A stretch of 45,620 nucleotides of DNA, from contig CAZICA010000002.1 in assembly GCA_964537705.1 (NCBI GenBank), positions 1 through 45,620 on the forward strand. The letters run 5' to 3'. The position numbers and the translations under genes are program-made. This DNA comes from an uncultured Candidatus Saccharibacteria bacterium. GTDB lineage: Bacteria > Patescibacteriota > JACPGU01 > CAZICA01. The notes under the pieces are model-generated. The model did not search any database, was not told where the DNA came from, and saw nothing but the letters and a program-made list of their open reading frames with translations. Shown here one piece after another: positions 16,883 through 25,627 of the stretch (the first letter of the stretch is position 1; the number at the start of each line of letters is the position of its first letter).

Positions 16883-17943
16883 TAAAACTCCTTTAGATTA
16901 TCTTTGAAATTTGAAATAGAAGGAGTTATAAATGGATCGGTTCCATTAAGAAGAGCGAGATAGAAACTAGTCCAGTCAGTAAGAAGGATAAGATAAAATA
17001 ATTGAGCTAATAAAGTTTTTCCTTGAGCGTGAATGATTTTAAAATCTAGATTTTTCTTTGAAAAAATTTCTTTAAGAATATCAAAACCAATAGAAACTCG
17101 AGGATGATCGAATGAGGACTGAAAGATAAGGAGAAATAAATTTTTCAAAAGAAAGGGAGGGTTTTCAATTCCTTCAATGAAATTATGAACTAATTCAGGA
17201 AAGGGAAGAAAGAATGCGAGATTTTTACTATTTTCTGCAAGTTGATCTGCAAATCTTTTTGCACATACAGAAAAAATTCCTGATCCAATACTGATTAAAA
17301 TTTTTTGATGAAGTTTAGATGCAAGTTGTTTTGCTGGGTTAATATCAGCCGGCGCTTTTTCATAAAGGATTTTGTTTTGTTCTTTCAAAAAATTAACAAG
17401 CTCATCTATATCTTCCTTTTCAACAGAAATTATTTTTAATTTTGAAAAGATTTGAAGGGTTGCAGTCGAAGTGAAACCTATAGCTGTTCTAGAAGGTCCT
17501 TGATAGTTAAAAATAAAAGAAGGAAGTTTTTCTTCCTCCGCAATTTTTTTAAGTTCTCCATTTTTAGTTATAATAAAAATTTTTGCTTTTTGAGCTTTTG
17601 CTTGATTTAATGCATGAAGTACTTCATCTGTATTTCCTGAACAACTTATTAACAAAACCAAAGTTTCTTCATCTATCCAACCAGGTAATTCATAGTTTCT
17701 GACAATAGTTATAGGAATTTGAGATCTGAGTTGAGCAAAGGACTTTACTAGATCTGCTCCAATTGCTGATCCTCCCATTCCACAAATTATTATTTTTTTA
17801 ATCTTTTGATATTCTTTTGGTAGTTTTGTTCTTGCAAGATTCGTCCAAGTTTGATCAATATGTTCTGGTAAAAGGGAAATAAATTCTCTTATTCTCGAAG
17901 GATCTAACTGGGAAATTGTTTTTAGTGAATCTAAATTAATCAT
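16882..17943 (-). CDS. bifunctional phosphoglucose/phosphomannose isomerase (SIS-domain type)
   Basis: SIS motifs CGMGGSAIGADL and SCSGNTDEV. The length and C-terminal region are typical of the PGI/PMI family. Its stop overlaps the gpmI start by 1 nt. Confidence 0.75.
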   Translation of the reverse strand: MINLDSLKTISQLDPSRIREFISLLPEHIDQTWTNLARTKLPKEYQKIKKIIICGMGGSAIGADLVKSFAQLRSQIPITIVRNYELPGWIDEETLVLLISCSGNTDEVLHALNQAKAQKAKIFIITKNGELKKIAEEEKLPSFIFNYQGPSRTAIGFTSTATLQIFSKLKIISVEKEDIDELVNFLKEQNKILYEKAPADINPAKQLASKLHQKILISIGSGIFSVCAKRFADQLAENSKNLAFFLPFPELVHNFIEGIENPPFLLKNLFLLIFQSSFDHPRVSIGFDILKEIFSKKNLDFKIIHAQGKTLLAQLFYLILLTDWTSFYLALLNGTDPFITPSISNFKDNLKEF

Positions 17944-17983
17944 AAAAGCCCTCCGAGTTAATTATATCATAGAATTAAAAGAG

Positions 17984-18010
17984 TTGAAAAATTTAGAAAT
18001 TTACTATAAT
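17984..18010 (+). promoter_or_regulatory. candidate promoter
   Basis: Perfect TATAAT at 18005-18010. TTGAAA lies at 17984-17989, but the spacer is a short 15-16 nt. Confidence 0.45.
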
Positions 18011-18029
18011 TATTAAAAAGGAGGAGCAA

Positions 18030-18242
18030 ATGACAGCAAAATTATTAAGAAAAATCGAGATTCATCGAAGAAGGGTGAGAAGGGAAAAGCTTAAAAAATT
18101 GAGAGAGAAGTACAAATCAGCTCAGACAGAAGAGGAGAAAAAAAAGATTATTGAGAAAATGAAGAAGATTACTCCTTGGCTTTCCGAAGAAGAATTTCTA
18201 GCTCCAATCAAAGAAGAGCTTCAAGATCAATCAGAGAGTTAA
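18030..18242 (+). CDS. small highly basic/acidic (KE-rich) protein, 70 aa
   Basis: AAGGAGGAG Shine-Dalgarno 5 nt upstream. No family recognised. Confidence 0.55.
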   Translation: MTAKLLRKIEIHRRRVRREKLKKLREKYKSAQTEEEKKKIIEKMKKITPWLSEEEFLAPIKEELQDQSES

Positions 18243-18313
18243 TGGAGGCGCGGGGAATCGAACCCCGAACTGGTCTTAGCGAGAGACCTGTTATACCATT
18301 TAACTACACCCCC
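18243..18313 (-). tRNA. tRNA-Ala (anticodon CGC)
   Basis: Hand-folded cloverleaf. Acceptor stem GGGGGTG/CGCCTCC includes the G3:U70 Ala identity pair. The D arm is GTTA/TAAC. The anticodon stem GGTCT/AGACC carries loop CTCGCTA. The T arm CGGGG/CCCCG carries a TTCGATT loop. No CCA is encoded. Confidence 0.8.
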
Positions 18314-18335
18314 TTAAATTAATTATATCAAAAAA

Positions 18336-19508
18336 ATGTATTCCTGCCACCATCGAAGAATCCATCTTTTTCATTATATTCTAAATAGAGAGCTTTCAGA
18401 GCTATATCTTTCCAATATTATAAGAGCTTTTGCTATTTCTTTAATTGGTCTTTTTATTCCTCTTTATTTTCTAAAATTAGGTTATGATATTTCTTTTGTT
18501 TTGCTTTTTTATTTTGGTATTTATCTTCTTTATTCACTTTTTCTGCCATTTTTTGGAATTTTAGTTAAAAAAATAGGAGTAAAACATTCGATGCTTATAT
18601 CCCTTCCTTTTCTTTTACTTACTTATATTTCTCTTTATTATTTTGAAAAAAATTTTAATCTAATTTATTTAGCAATTCTTTCAAATGTAATTTGTATAGG
18701 ACTTTATTGGGTTGCTTTTCATCTTGATTTTTCCAAATATTCTAAAGATAGATATCGAGGAAGAGAGCTAGGTTTTTTAAATATTGCAAATACAGGAGTA
18801 ATGGCTGCTGCTCCTTTTTTAGGGGGAATAATTTTAAATTATCTGAATTATCGAACTCTTTTTTTAATAGTTATCTTTTTATTAATTTGTTCCAGCTACC
18901 CCTTGTTTTTATCTCGAGAAATTTATGAGAAAAGAGAATTTACCTTAAAAGGGTTTTTTACTCATAGTTTTGAGAAAACAAAAATACCAGAATTTTTAGC
19001 TTTTTCTGGTGAAGGAGTAGGAAGTGTTATAGAAGGGCTTCTTTGGCCTGTTTTTATTTTCCAATTAGTTAAAAATTATGCGATTTTAGGCGGGATAACT
19101 TCTTTGGCTATTTTTCTCACTATAGCTTTTACTTATTTTTGGGGAATTCTAACAGATAAAGAGGCTAATAATAGATTAATTAAAACAGGAGTTTTAACAA
19201 ACTTTTTTTCCTGGCCCCTAAAAATGACAATCATTTCTCCTTTTACTGCTTTTTTAGTCGATCTTTATTCCAAATTAACTAATTCAGCAATTGCTTTGCC
19301 ATTTAATGCGCTTGTTTACAAAAAAGCAAAAAAAGCTCCTCATATGTTAGGATATGTAGTATTTAAGGAATTTGCTTTTAATTTTCCCCGAGCTTTAGTA
19401 TTCTTTTTGCTTTATTTTATTTTTACTAAATCTGTTATTTTAGGATTTATAAGTGCCTTTTCTATTGCAGCAATTTTTTCTTTATTTATTCTTTTCCTAA
19501 AAGATTAA
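18336..19508 (+). CDS. MFS-like multi-pass membrane transporter
   Basis: About 10-12 predicted hydrophobic helices. The start codon is uncertain. Confidence 0.6.
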   Translation: MYSCHHRRIHLFHYILNRELSELYLSNIIRAFAISLIGLFIPLYFLKLGYDISFVLLFYFGIYLLYSLFLPFFGILVKKIGVKHSMLISLPFLLLTYISLYYFEKNFNLIYLAILSNVICIGLYWVAFHLDFSKYSKDRYRGRELGFLNIANTGVMAAAPFLGGIILNYLNYRTLFLIVIFLLICSSYPLFLSREIYEKREFTLKGFFTHSFEKTKIPEFLAFSGEGVGSVIEGLLWPVFIFQLVKNYAILGGITSLAIFLTIAFTYFWGILTDKEANNRLIKTGVLTNFFSWPLKMTIISPFTAFLVDLYSKLTNSAIALPFNALVYKKAKKAPHMLGYVVFKEFAFNFPRALVFFLLYFIFTKSVILGFISAFSIAAIFSLFILFLKD

Positions 19509-19591
19509 TTTAGCAAAGATTAGTTGATTTTAATTTTCTGTAGTTGTGGAGTTAAGATCAATATGGTATAATTAAATAAATAAACAGAGTT

Positions 19592-19676
19592 GCCGCGGTG
19601 GCGGAATTGGTAGACGCGCAGGTCTCAAAAACCTGTGACCTTTAAGGTCATGAGGGTTCAAATCCCTCCCGCGGCA
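19592..19676 (+). tRNA. tRNA-Leu (anticodon CAA), class II with long variable arm
   Basis: Acceptor stem GCCGCGG/CCGCGGC. The anticodon stem CAGGT/ACCTG carries loop CTCAAAA. The variable arm has GACC/GGTC pairing. The T arm GAGGG/CCCTC carries a TTCAAAT loop. An extended -10 element TGgTATAAT lies at 19564-19572. Confidence 0.9.
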
Positions 19677-19721
19677 TTCATCACCCCTATAGTTTAAAAA
19701 ATAGGGAAATTTTGAATTTCT

Positions 19722-21542
19722 ATGTTTAAATTAAAGACAAATTTTTCTCCTTCAGGTGATCAGCCAAAGGCTATAAAAGCCTTAATCCAAGGTTGGAAAA
19801 AAGGAGCCAGATTTATGACACTTTTAGGTGTTACAGGTTCTGGTAAAACATTTACTATGGCTAATGTAATAAAGGAGATAAAAAAACCAGTTCTAGTAAT
19901 TTCTCCAAATAAAATCTTAGCAGCTCAACTCTATCGGGAATATAAAAGTTTTTTTCCAGAAAATGCAGTTTGTTATTTTGTTTCTTACTACGATTATTAT
20001 CAGCCTGAAGCTTATCTTCCGACAACAGATACCTACATTTCAAAAGAAGCAGTTATAAATGAAGAAATAGAGAAATTAAGACATTCTGCTACTTCTGCTT
20101 TATTAACTCGTAAAGATGTGATAGTTGTTGCTTCTGTTTCTTGTATTTATAATTTAGGATTACCAACAAATTATTTTGAAAGAGCTATTTATCTTGAGAA
20201 AGAAAAACCTTTAACTCGTGGTGATTTAATAAAACATTTGGTTCGGATTCAATATCAAAGAAATGATCTAGAATTAAAACCAGGGAAATTTAGAGTAAGA
20301 GGGGATTTAATAGAGGTGATGCCTCCTTCAGAGGAAATTATCTATCAAATAGATTTAAGAGATCAAAAAATAAATTCTTTAAAAATTTTAGATAAATTAA
20401 CCCGGGCAGTAAAAGAAGAGTTAAAACAATTGATTATATTTCCTGCTAAGCATTTTGTAGTTCTTTCTTCAGAGGTAGAAGAGGCAATTAAAGATATTGA
20501 AGAGGAGCTTAAAGAGCGAATTAAATATTTTAAAGAAAAAAACAAATTTTTAGAAGCAGAGAGGTTAGAGCGGAGAACTAAATATGATATTGCAATGATA
20601 AGAACTTTAGGTTATTGCCACGGAATAGAAAATTATTCAAGACATCTATTAAGAAAACTTCCAGGGGAACCTCCTGAAACCCTTCTTTCTTATTTTCCAA
20701 AAAACAAAGATGGGAAACCCGATTTTTTAACCATTATAGACGAATCTCATATAGCTATTCCCCAGCTTAGAGCGATGTATCAGGGAGATAAATCAAGAAA
20801 AGAAACTTTGATAGAATATGGTTTTAGATTACCATCTGCTTTAGATAATAGACCTTTAAAATTTGAGGAATTTTTAGAACGAGTTGGGCCGATAATTTTT
20901 ACTTCTGCTACTCCCGGAGAATTTGAAAGAAAAAAGTCTGATTTGATCGTAGAGCAAATCATTAGACCCACTTATTTACTTGATCCAGAGATAGAAATAA
21001 GGCCAGTTTATGATAAAGAAAATGAAATTTCCCAAGTAGATGATCTTTTAGAAGAAATTAGAAAAATATTAGGGCGAAAGGAGAGAGTAATTGTAAATGT
21101 ATTAACAAAAAAGATGGCAGAAGAATTTTCTATGTTCTTAAATAATAAAGGAATTCCCTCAAAATATATGCATTCTGAGACAAAAACTTTAGAACGAACC
21201 AAGATTCTTACTGATTTTAGAAAAGGAGAATTTCATGTTTTAGTTGGGGTGAATTTATTAAGAGAGGGGCTTGATTTGCCAGAAGTTTCTTTAGTGGCAA
21301 TTTTAGATGCGGATAGAGAAGGATTTTTAAGATCAGAGACTTCTTTTATTCAAACCATGGGAAGAGCTGCAAGGAATGTAAGAGGGAAAGTAATTTTGTA
21401 TGCTGATCAAATTACTAATTCTTTGAAAAAGGCAGTAGAAGAAGTGAAAAGACGAAGAAAAATTCAATTAGAATATAATTTAAAGCATAAAATTAAACCA
21501 GAGAGTATAAGAAAAGAGATAAAGGAATTAATAGAAGAATAA
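19722..21542 (+). CDS. uvrB: excinuclease ABC subunit B, lacking the C-terminal UVR domain
   Basis: GVTGSGKT, YYDYYQPEAY, DESH, helicase motifs and GRAARN are present. The protein ends about 10 aa after the ..YN..H.I.P.. motif. Confidence 0.9.
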   Translation: MFKLKTNFSPSGDQPKAIKALIQGWKKGARFMTLLGVTGSGKTFTMANVIKEIKKPVLVISPNKILAAQLYREYKSFFPENAVCYFVSYYDYYQPEAYLPTTDTYISKEAVINEEIEKLRHSATSALLTRKDVIVVASVSCIYNLGLPTNYFERAIYLEKEKPLTRGDLIKHLVRIQYQRNDLELKPGKFRVRGDLIEVMPPSEEIIYQIDLRDQKINSLKILDKLTRAVKEELKQLIIFPAKHFVVLSSEVEEAIKDIEEELKERIKYFKEKNKFLEAERLERRTKYDIAMIRTLGYCHGIENYSRHLLRKLPGEPPETLLSYFPKNKDGKPDFLTIIDESHIAIPQLRAMYQGDKSRKETLIEYGFRLPSALDNRPLKFEEFLERVGPIIFTSATPGEFERKKSDLIVEQIIRPTYLLDPEIEIRPVYDKENEISQVDDLLEEIRKILGRKERVIVNVLTKKMAEEFSMFLNNKGIPSKYMHSETKTLERTKILTDFRKGEFHVLVGVNLLREGLDLPEVSLVAILDADREGFLRSETSFIQTMGRAARNVRGKVILYADQITNSLKKAVEEVKRRRKIQLEYNLKHKIKPESIRKEIKELIEE

Positions 21543-21577
21543 ATTTTTTACCCTTGCGTAGGTGGACAGAGGTTAAA

Positions 21578-24079
21578 ATGGAATTTATCAAAATAAAAAA
21601 TGCAAGAGAACATAATTTAAAAGGAATTTCTTTAAATCTTCCTAAAAATAAAATTATTGTGATTACTGGGGTTTCAGGAAGTGGGAAGTCTTCTTTAGCT
21701 TTTGATACCATTTTTGCTGAAGGGCAAAGAAGATATATTGAGTCTTTATCTCCTTATGCTCGTCAATTTTTAGGGGAAATGAAGAAACCAAAGGTTGATG
21801 AAATAGAAGGACTTTCTCCTGCAATTGCAATAGGTCAAAGAAAACTTTCTTCAAATCCTCGCTCCACAGTTGCTACTTTGACTGAAATTTATGATTATTT
21901 AAGAGTTCTATTTGCTAGAATTGGAAAGCTATTTTGTCCCATTTGTGGAAAAGAAATAAAAAAACTATCAATTGAAGAGATGGTAAATGTTATTTTTGAG
22001 AAAGAAAAAGAAATTGGACCAGAAGAGCTTGTCATTCTTTCTCCCGTAGTTTTTGGAAGAAAAGGTGAATATTATCAATTGCTTTATGATTATTTAAACA
22101 AAGGATTTGATGAAGCAAGAATTGATGGAGAATTCGTTTCTCTTCATGAAAGAATCGAGCTAAAAAGATATAGAACTCATACTATAGAAATTATTGTAGA
22201 TAAAATTAAAACAAAAGATTTAGAAAAATCTCGCCTTTTCGAATCAGTGGAGTTAGCTGTTAATCTTTCAAAAGGATTAGTTAATGTTATTCTTTTAAAA
22301 AATAAAAAACAAATTGAGGTTTTACTTTCTTCTTTAAGAACTTGTCCAAAAGACGGATTTTCTTTTCCGGAGATCGAACCTCGTCTATTTTCCTTTAATT
22401 CCCCCTACGGAGCTTGCGAATTTTGTGGAGGAATAGGGAAGGAGTATATTTATTCTGATAAAATTTGTCCTCAATGTAAAGGAAAAAGACTTAAAAAAGA
22501 AGCTCTTTCAGTGAAGATAGAAGAAAAAAATATTTGGGAGATAACAAAATTTTCAATAGACCAAGCATTTTTGTTTTTTAATCAATTGGTAGAGAAGCTT
22601 TCTGATAAAGAACTGGAAGTAGCCTTTGATCTTTTGGAAGAAATTATTTATAGATTGAAATTTTTAAAGGAAGTAGGAGTTGGATATTTGACCTTAGATA
22701 GAGAAGCAGGAACTTTATCAGGAGGAGAGACCCAAAGAATTAGATTAGCATCTCAGATAGGAACAAAACTTTCGGGAGCTATTTATGTACTCGATGAACC
22801 GACAATAGGGCTTCATGAGCGAGATACCCAAAAATTATTAAATATTTTAAAAAATTTAAGAGATTTAGGTAATACAGTCATTATTGTAGAACACGATGAA
22901 AGAACCATCAAAAATAGCGATTTTCTAGTTGATCTAGGTCCAGGAGCAGGAATTCATGGGGGCGAGGTTGTTGTAAAGGGGGAAGTGAAAAAACTTTTAG
23001 AATCAGATTCTAAAAACTCTTTAACCTTACAATATCTTAATAAAGAAAAAGAAATCGAGATTCCTCCGCTTCGGAAAAATATAACTGAGAAATTAAAATT
23101 GATAGGATGTAATTTAAACAATCTTAAAAACATTAATGTAGAAATTCCTTTAAGAAAATTTGTATGTATTACTGGCGTTTCTGGGAGCGGAAAATCTTCT
23201 TTGTTTCAAGTGATTTATACTAATCTTTTAAAAATATTGAATCGAGAAAGAGGTTCTTTAGATCATGTTTCTCAAATAAAAGGGAATGAATATCTTTCAA
23301 GAGTTATTGAGGTTACTCAGTCTCCAATTGGAAGGACTCCTCGTTCTAATCCAGCAACTTATGTAGGACTTTTTACTCCAATTAGAGAACTATTTGCTTC
23401 TCTTGAAGATTCAAGAGCTAAAGGATATTCTCCTTCTAGATTTTCTTTTAATGTTAAAGGAGGAAGATGTGAAGCATGTGAGGGAGCAGGATATAAATTG
23501 GTGGAAATGCATTTTCTTCCTTCAGTACTTGTTGAATGCGAAATATGTCATGGGAAAAGATTTAATTCAGAGACATTAGAAATTAAATATAAAGAGAAAA
23601 ATATCGCAGAAATTTTAGATCTAACAGTAGAGGAAGCTTATGAATTTTTCAAAGACATTCCTCAAATTGCTGAAAAATTAAAGCTTTTAATAGATGTTGG
23701 ATTAGGGTATATAAAGTTAGGCCAGAGTGCCACCACTCTTTCTGGTGGAGAGGCTCAGAGGATTAAATTAGCTAGAGAACTTATAAAACAAAGTAATTTC
23801 CGAACTCTTTATCTTTTAGATGAACCAACAGTAGGACTTCATTATGAGGATGTTAAAGCTCTGCTCAAAGTGCTTCATCAATTAGTTGATAGAGGAAATA
23901 CAGTAATAGTTATCGAACATAATCTTCATGTAATTAAAACTGCTGATTGGATAATTGATCTAGGCCCAGAAGGAGGGGAAAAAGGAGGAGAAATTGTTGC
24001 TTGTGGGACTCCCTATGATTTGGCAAGATGCGAGAAATCTTATACAGGAAAATATTTGAAACAAGTTATTAATTCTTAA
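21578..24079 (+). CDS. uvrA: excinuclease ABC subunit A, lacking the insertion domain
   Basis: Two ABC modules are present (GVSGSGKSSL twice, LSGGE.QRI.LA twice) together with zinc modules. The likely start is ATG 21578 (MEFIKIKNAREHNLK), not the upstream TTG used by the track. Confidence 0.9.
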   Translation: MEFIKIKNAREHNLKGISLNLPKNKIIVITGVSGSGKSSLAFDTIFAEGQRRYIESLSPYARQFLGEMKKPKVDEIEGLSPAIAIGQRKLSSNPRSTVATLTEIYDYLRVLFARIGKLFCPICGKEIKKLSIEEMVNVIFEKEKEIGPEELVILSPVVFGRKGEYYQLLYDYLNKGFDEARIDGEFVSLHERIELKRYRTHTIEIIVDKIKTKDLEKSRLFESVELAVNLSKGLVNVILLKNKKQIEVLLSSLRTCPKDGFSFPEIEPRLFSFNSPYGACEFCGGIGKEYIYSDKICPQCKGKRLKKEALSVKIEEKNIWEITKFSIDQAFLFFNQLVEKLSDKELEVAFDLLEEIIYRLKFLKEVGVGYLTLDREAGTLSGGETQRIRLASQIGTKLSGAIYVLDEPTIGLHERDTQKLLNILKNLRDLGNTVIIVEHDERTIKNSDFLVDLGPGAGIHGGEVVVKGEVKKLLESDSKNSLTLQYLNKEKEIEIPPLRKNITEKLKLIGCNLNNLKNINVEIPLRKFVCITGVSGSGKSSLFQVIYTNLLKILNRERGSLDHVSQIKGNEYLSRVIEVTQSPIGRTPRSNPATYVGLFTPIRELFASLEDSRAKGYSPSRFSFNVKGGRCEACEGAGYKLVEMHFLPSVLVECEICHGKRFNSETLEIKYKEKNIAEILDLTVEEAYEFFKDIPQIAEKLKLLIDVGLGYIKLGQSATTLSGGEAQRIKLARELIKQSNFRTLYLLDEPTVGLHYEDVKALLKVLHQLVDRGNTVIVIEHNLHVIKTADWIIDLGPEGGEKGGEIVACGTPYDLARCEKSYTGKYLKQVINS

Positions 24080-24096
24080 AAAGGGGGTGATTCCTT

Positions 24097-24297
24097 ATGA
24101 ATTTAACAATTGAATTACTTTTAATAATGATCAAAGGATTTATAATTCTGTTTTCCTTATCTATCTTAGGGATGATAATTAAAGAAACTTGGGAAAGTTG
24201 GCAAAAATCCTCTTCTGGAAAATTAACAGTGATAGGAATTTTCTTTATAGGTTTAGCTCTAATTTTGTTTGAGATTTTAATTTTAATAAATTTATAG
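24097..24297 (+). CDS. small two-TM membrane protein, 66 aa
   Basis: GGGGGTGA Shine-Dalgarno 6 nt upstream. Two hydrophobic helices. The gene starts 18 nt after uvrA and a terminator overlaps its stop. Confidence 0.5.
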   Translation: MNLTIELLLIMIKGFIILFSLSILGMIIKETWESWQKSSSGKLTVIGIFFIGLALILFEILILINL

Positions 24298-24322
24298 GAT
24301 GCTTTTGCATCCTTTTTATTTG
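24296..24322 (+). terminator. rho-independent terminator
   Basis: Stem AGGATGC (24296-24302) pairs with GCATCCT (24307-24313), followed by a T-run. Confidence 0.75.
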
Positions 24323-24348
24323 AAAAATAGATCAAATTAGGGTAAAAT
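24320..24348 (+). promoter_or_regulatory. sigma-70-type promoter giving a leaderless or near-leaderless uvrC mRNA
   Basis: TTGAAA (24320-24325), a 17-nt spacer, then TAAAAT (24343-24348). ATG 24357 is only 8 nt downstream and there is no SD. Confidence 0.55.
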
Positions 24349-24356
24349 TTTATAAA

Positions 24357-25529
24357 ATGGATTTGAAAGCTCAAATCAAAAGACTTCCAAAATCTCCAGG
24401 AGTCTATATTTTTAAAGGAGTTGGGGGAGAGGTTCTTTATATAGGAAAGGCAGCTTCTTTAAAAGATAGGGTAAGAAGTTATTTTAGTTCTTCTTCTGAA
24501 AAAGTGAGAATGCTTTTAGAAGAAAGTAAAAAGATCGATTTTATTAAAACAGATTCAGTGCTGGAGGCTTTAGTTAAAGAAGCGAATTTGATTAAAACAC
24601 ATTGGCCGAAATTTAATGTTCGAGAAAAAGATGATCGTTCCTTTGTTTATATTATTATCCCTTCATTTAAAATAGATCCTTTTCCTTCTCCTTTAATAAT
24701 TAGAAAGAAAGAGATTCAAAAATATCCTTTAAAAGACATTAAAATTTTTGGTCCTTACCAGAGTTGGTCTGTAGTCAAAAAGTTTTTATATTTAATAAGG
24801 AGAATTTTTCCTTATTGTGATAAACCGAATCAAGGAAAGCCTTGTTTTTATTATCAATTAGGACTTTGTGCAGGAGCTTGTATTGGTAAAATAAAAAAAG
24901 AGGATTATCAAAAAATTATCAAAAATTTAATCCTATTTTTAGAGGGAAAAAAGAACAAATGTTTAGAAAGTTTGAAAAAGTTTAATCCAGAAAAATTGGA
25001 GTTATTTAAACAAATTGAAGATAGTTCTTTACTTACCTTTCAAGATCTTGAAAAAGATTCTTTAACCCCTTTAAAAATAGAAGGTTATGATATCTCTCAT
25101 TTTTCTGGAAAGGCGGTTTATGGATCTATGGTGGTTTTTAAAAATAAATTACCTTTAAAAGAAGATTATCGAATTTTTAAAATTAAAGATGCAAAACCAA
25201 AAGATGATATAGGAGCAATAAAAGAAGTAATCAGACGAAGATTTAATCACAAAGAATGGGTTTTCCCAGATTTGATTTTAATAGACGGTGGTCCTGCTCA
25301 GGTAAATGCTGTTAAACAAATTTTAGATGAGCTTAAAATTTCTATTCCTATAATTGGAATTGCGAAAGGAAAAGCAGGGGATAGATTGATTATTAAAGGA
25401 GTAAATAAAAAATTAAGGGAATTGATATCTTTATCAAAACCTCTTTTTCAACAAATTCGAGATGAGGCTCATCGATTTGCACTTAAATTCTCGAGAAAGC
25501 GATTAATTAAAGATAAATTCGCCAATTAA
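24357..25529 (+). CDS. uvrC: excinuclease ABC subunit C, short form (GIY-YIG plus Cys cluster plus RNase-H-like endonuclease domain only)
   Basis: GIY-YIG motif GVYIF...VLYIGKA..L..RV.SYF. Cys cluster C..C....C..C. Endonuclease region IEGYDISH...IDGG..Q...IGIAK. The protein is 390 aa, against about 600 aa for canonical UvrC. Confidence 0.85.
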   Translation: MDLKAQIKRLPKSPGVYIFKGVGGEVLYIGKAASLKDRVRSYFSSSSEKVRMLLEESKKIDFIKTDSVLEALVKEANLIKTHWPKFNVREKDDRSFVYIIIPSFKIDPFPSPLIIRKKEIQKYPLKDIKIFGPYQSWSVVKKFLYLIRRIFPYCDKPNQGKPCFYYQLGLCAGACIGKIKKEDYQKIIKNLILFLEGKKNKCLESLKKFNPEKLELFKQIEDSSLLTFQDLEKDSLTPLKIEGYDISHFSGKAVYGSMVVFKNKLPLKEDYRIFKIKDAKPKDDIGAIKEVIRRRFNHKEWVFPDLILIDGGPAQVNAVKQILDELKISIPIIGIAKGKAGDRLIIKGVNKKLRELISLSKPLFQQIRDEAHRFALKFSRKRLIKDKFAN

Positions 25530-25627
25530 TGCTGTTGAGATAACCTTGCCTATTCCAACTAAATTTTTTATATCATTTAAATCGAATTTTAATCTTTTTT
25601 TACAGCAACCGCTCCCCAGGTTGCAAT

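Noticed and set aside
19861-21854. Minus-strand 60-72 aa ORFs inside uvrB and the 5' end of uvrA
   Set aside because: They are antisense to unambiguous uvrB and uvrA coding sequence.
24069-24374. Minus-strand 101-aa ORF spanning the uvrA-uvrC spacer
   Set aside because: It would have to read through the terminator hairpin and the uvrC promoter, and it has no SD. The plus-strand 66-aa ORF with an SD explains the region better.
25604-25623. Hairpin GCAACC-N8-GGTTGC between convergent uvrC and treT, considered as a terminator
   Set aside because: The stem is only 6 bp with an 8-nt loop and there is no convincing T-run on either strand. It is too weak to call.
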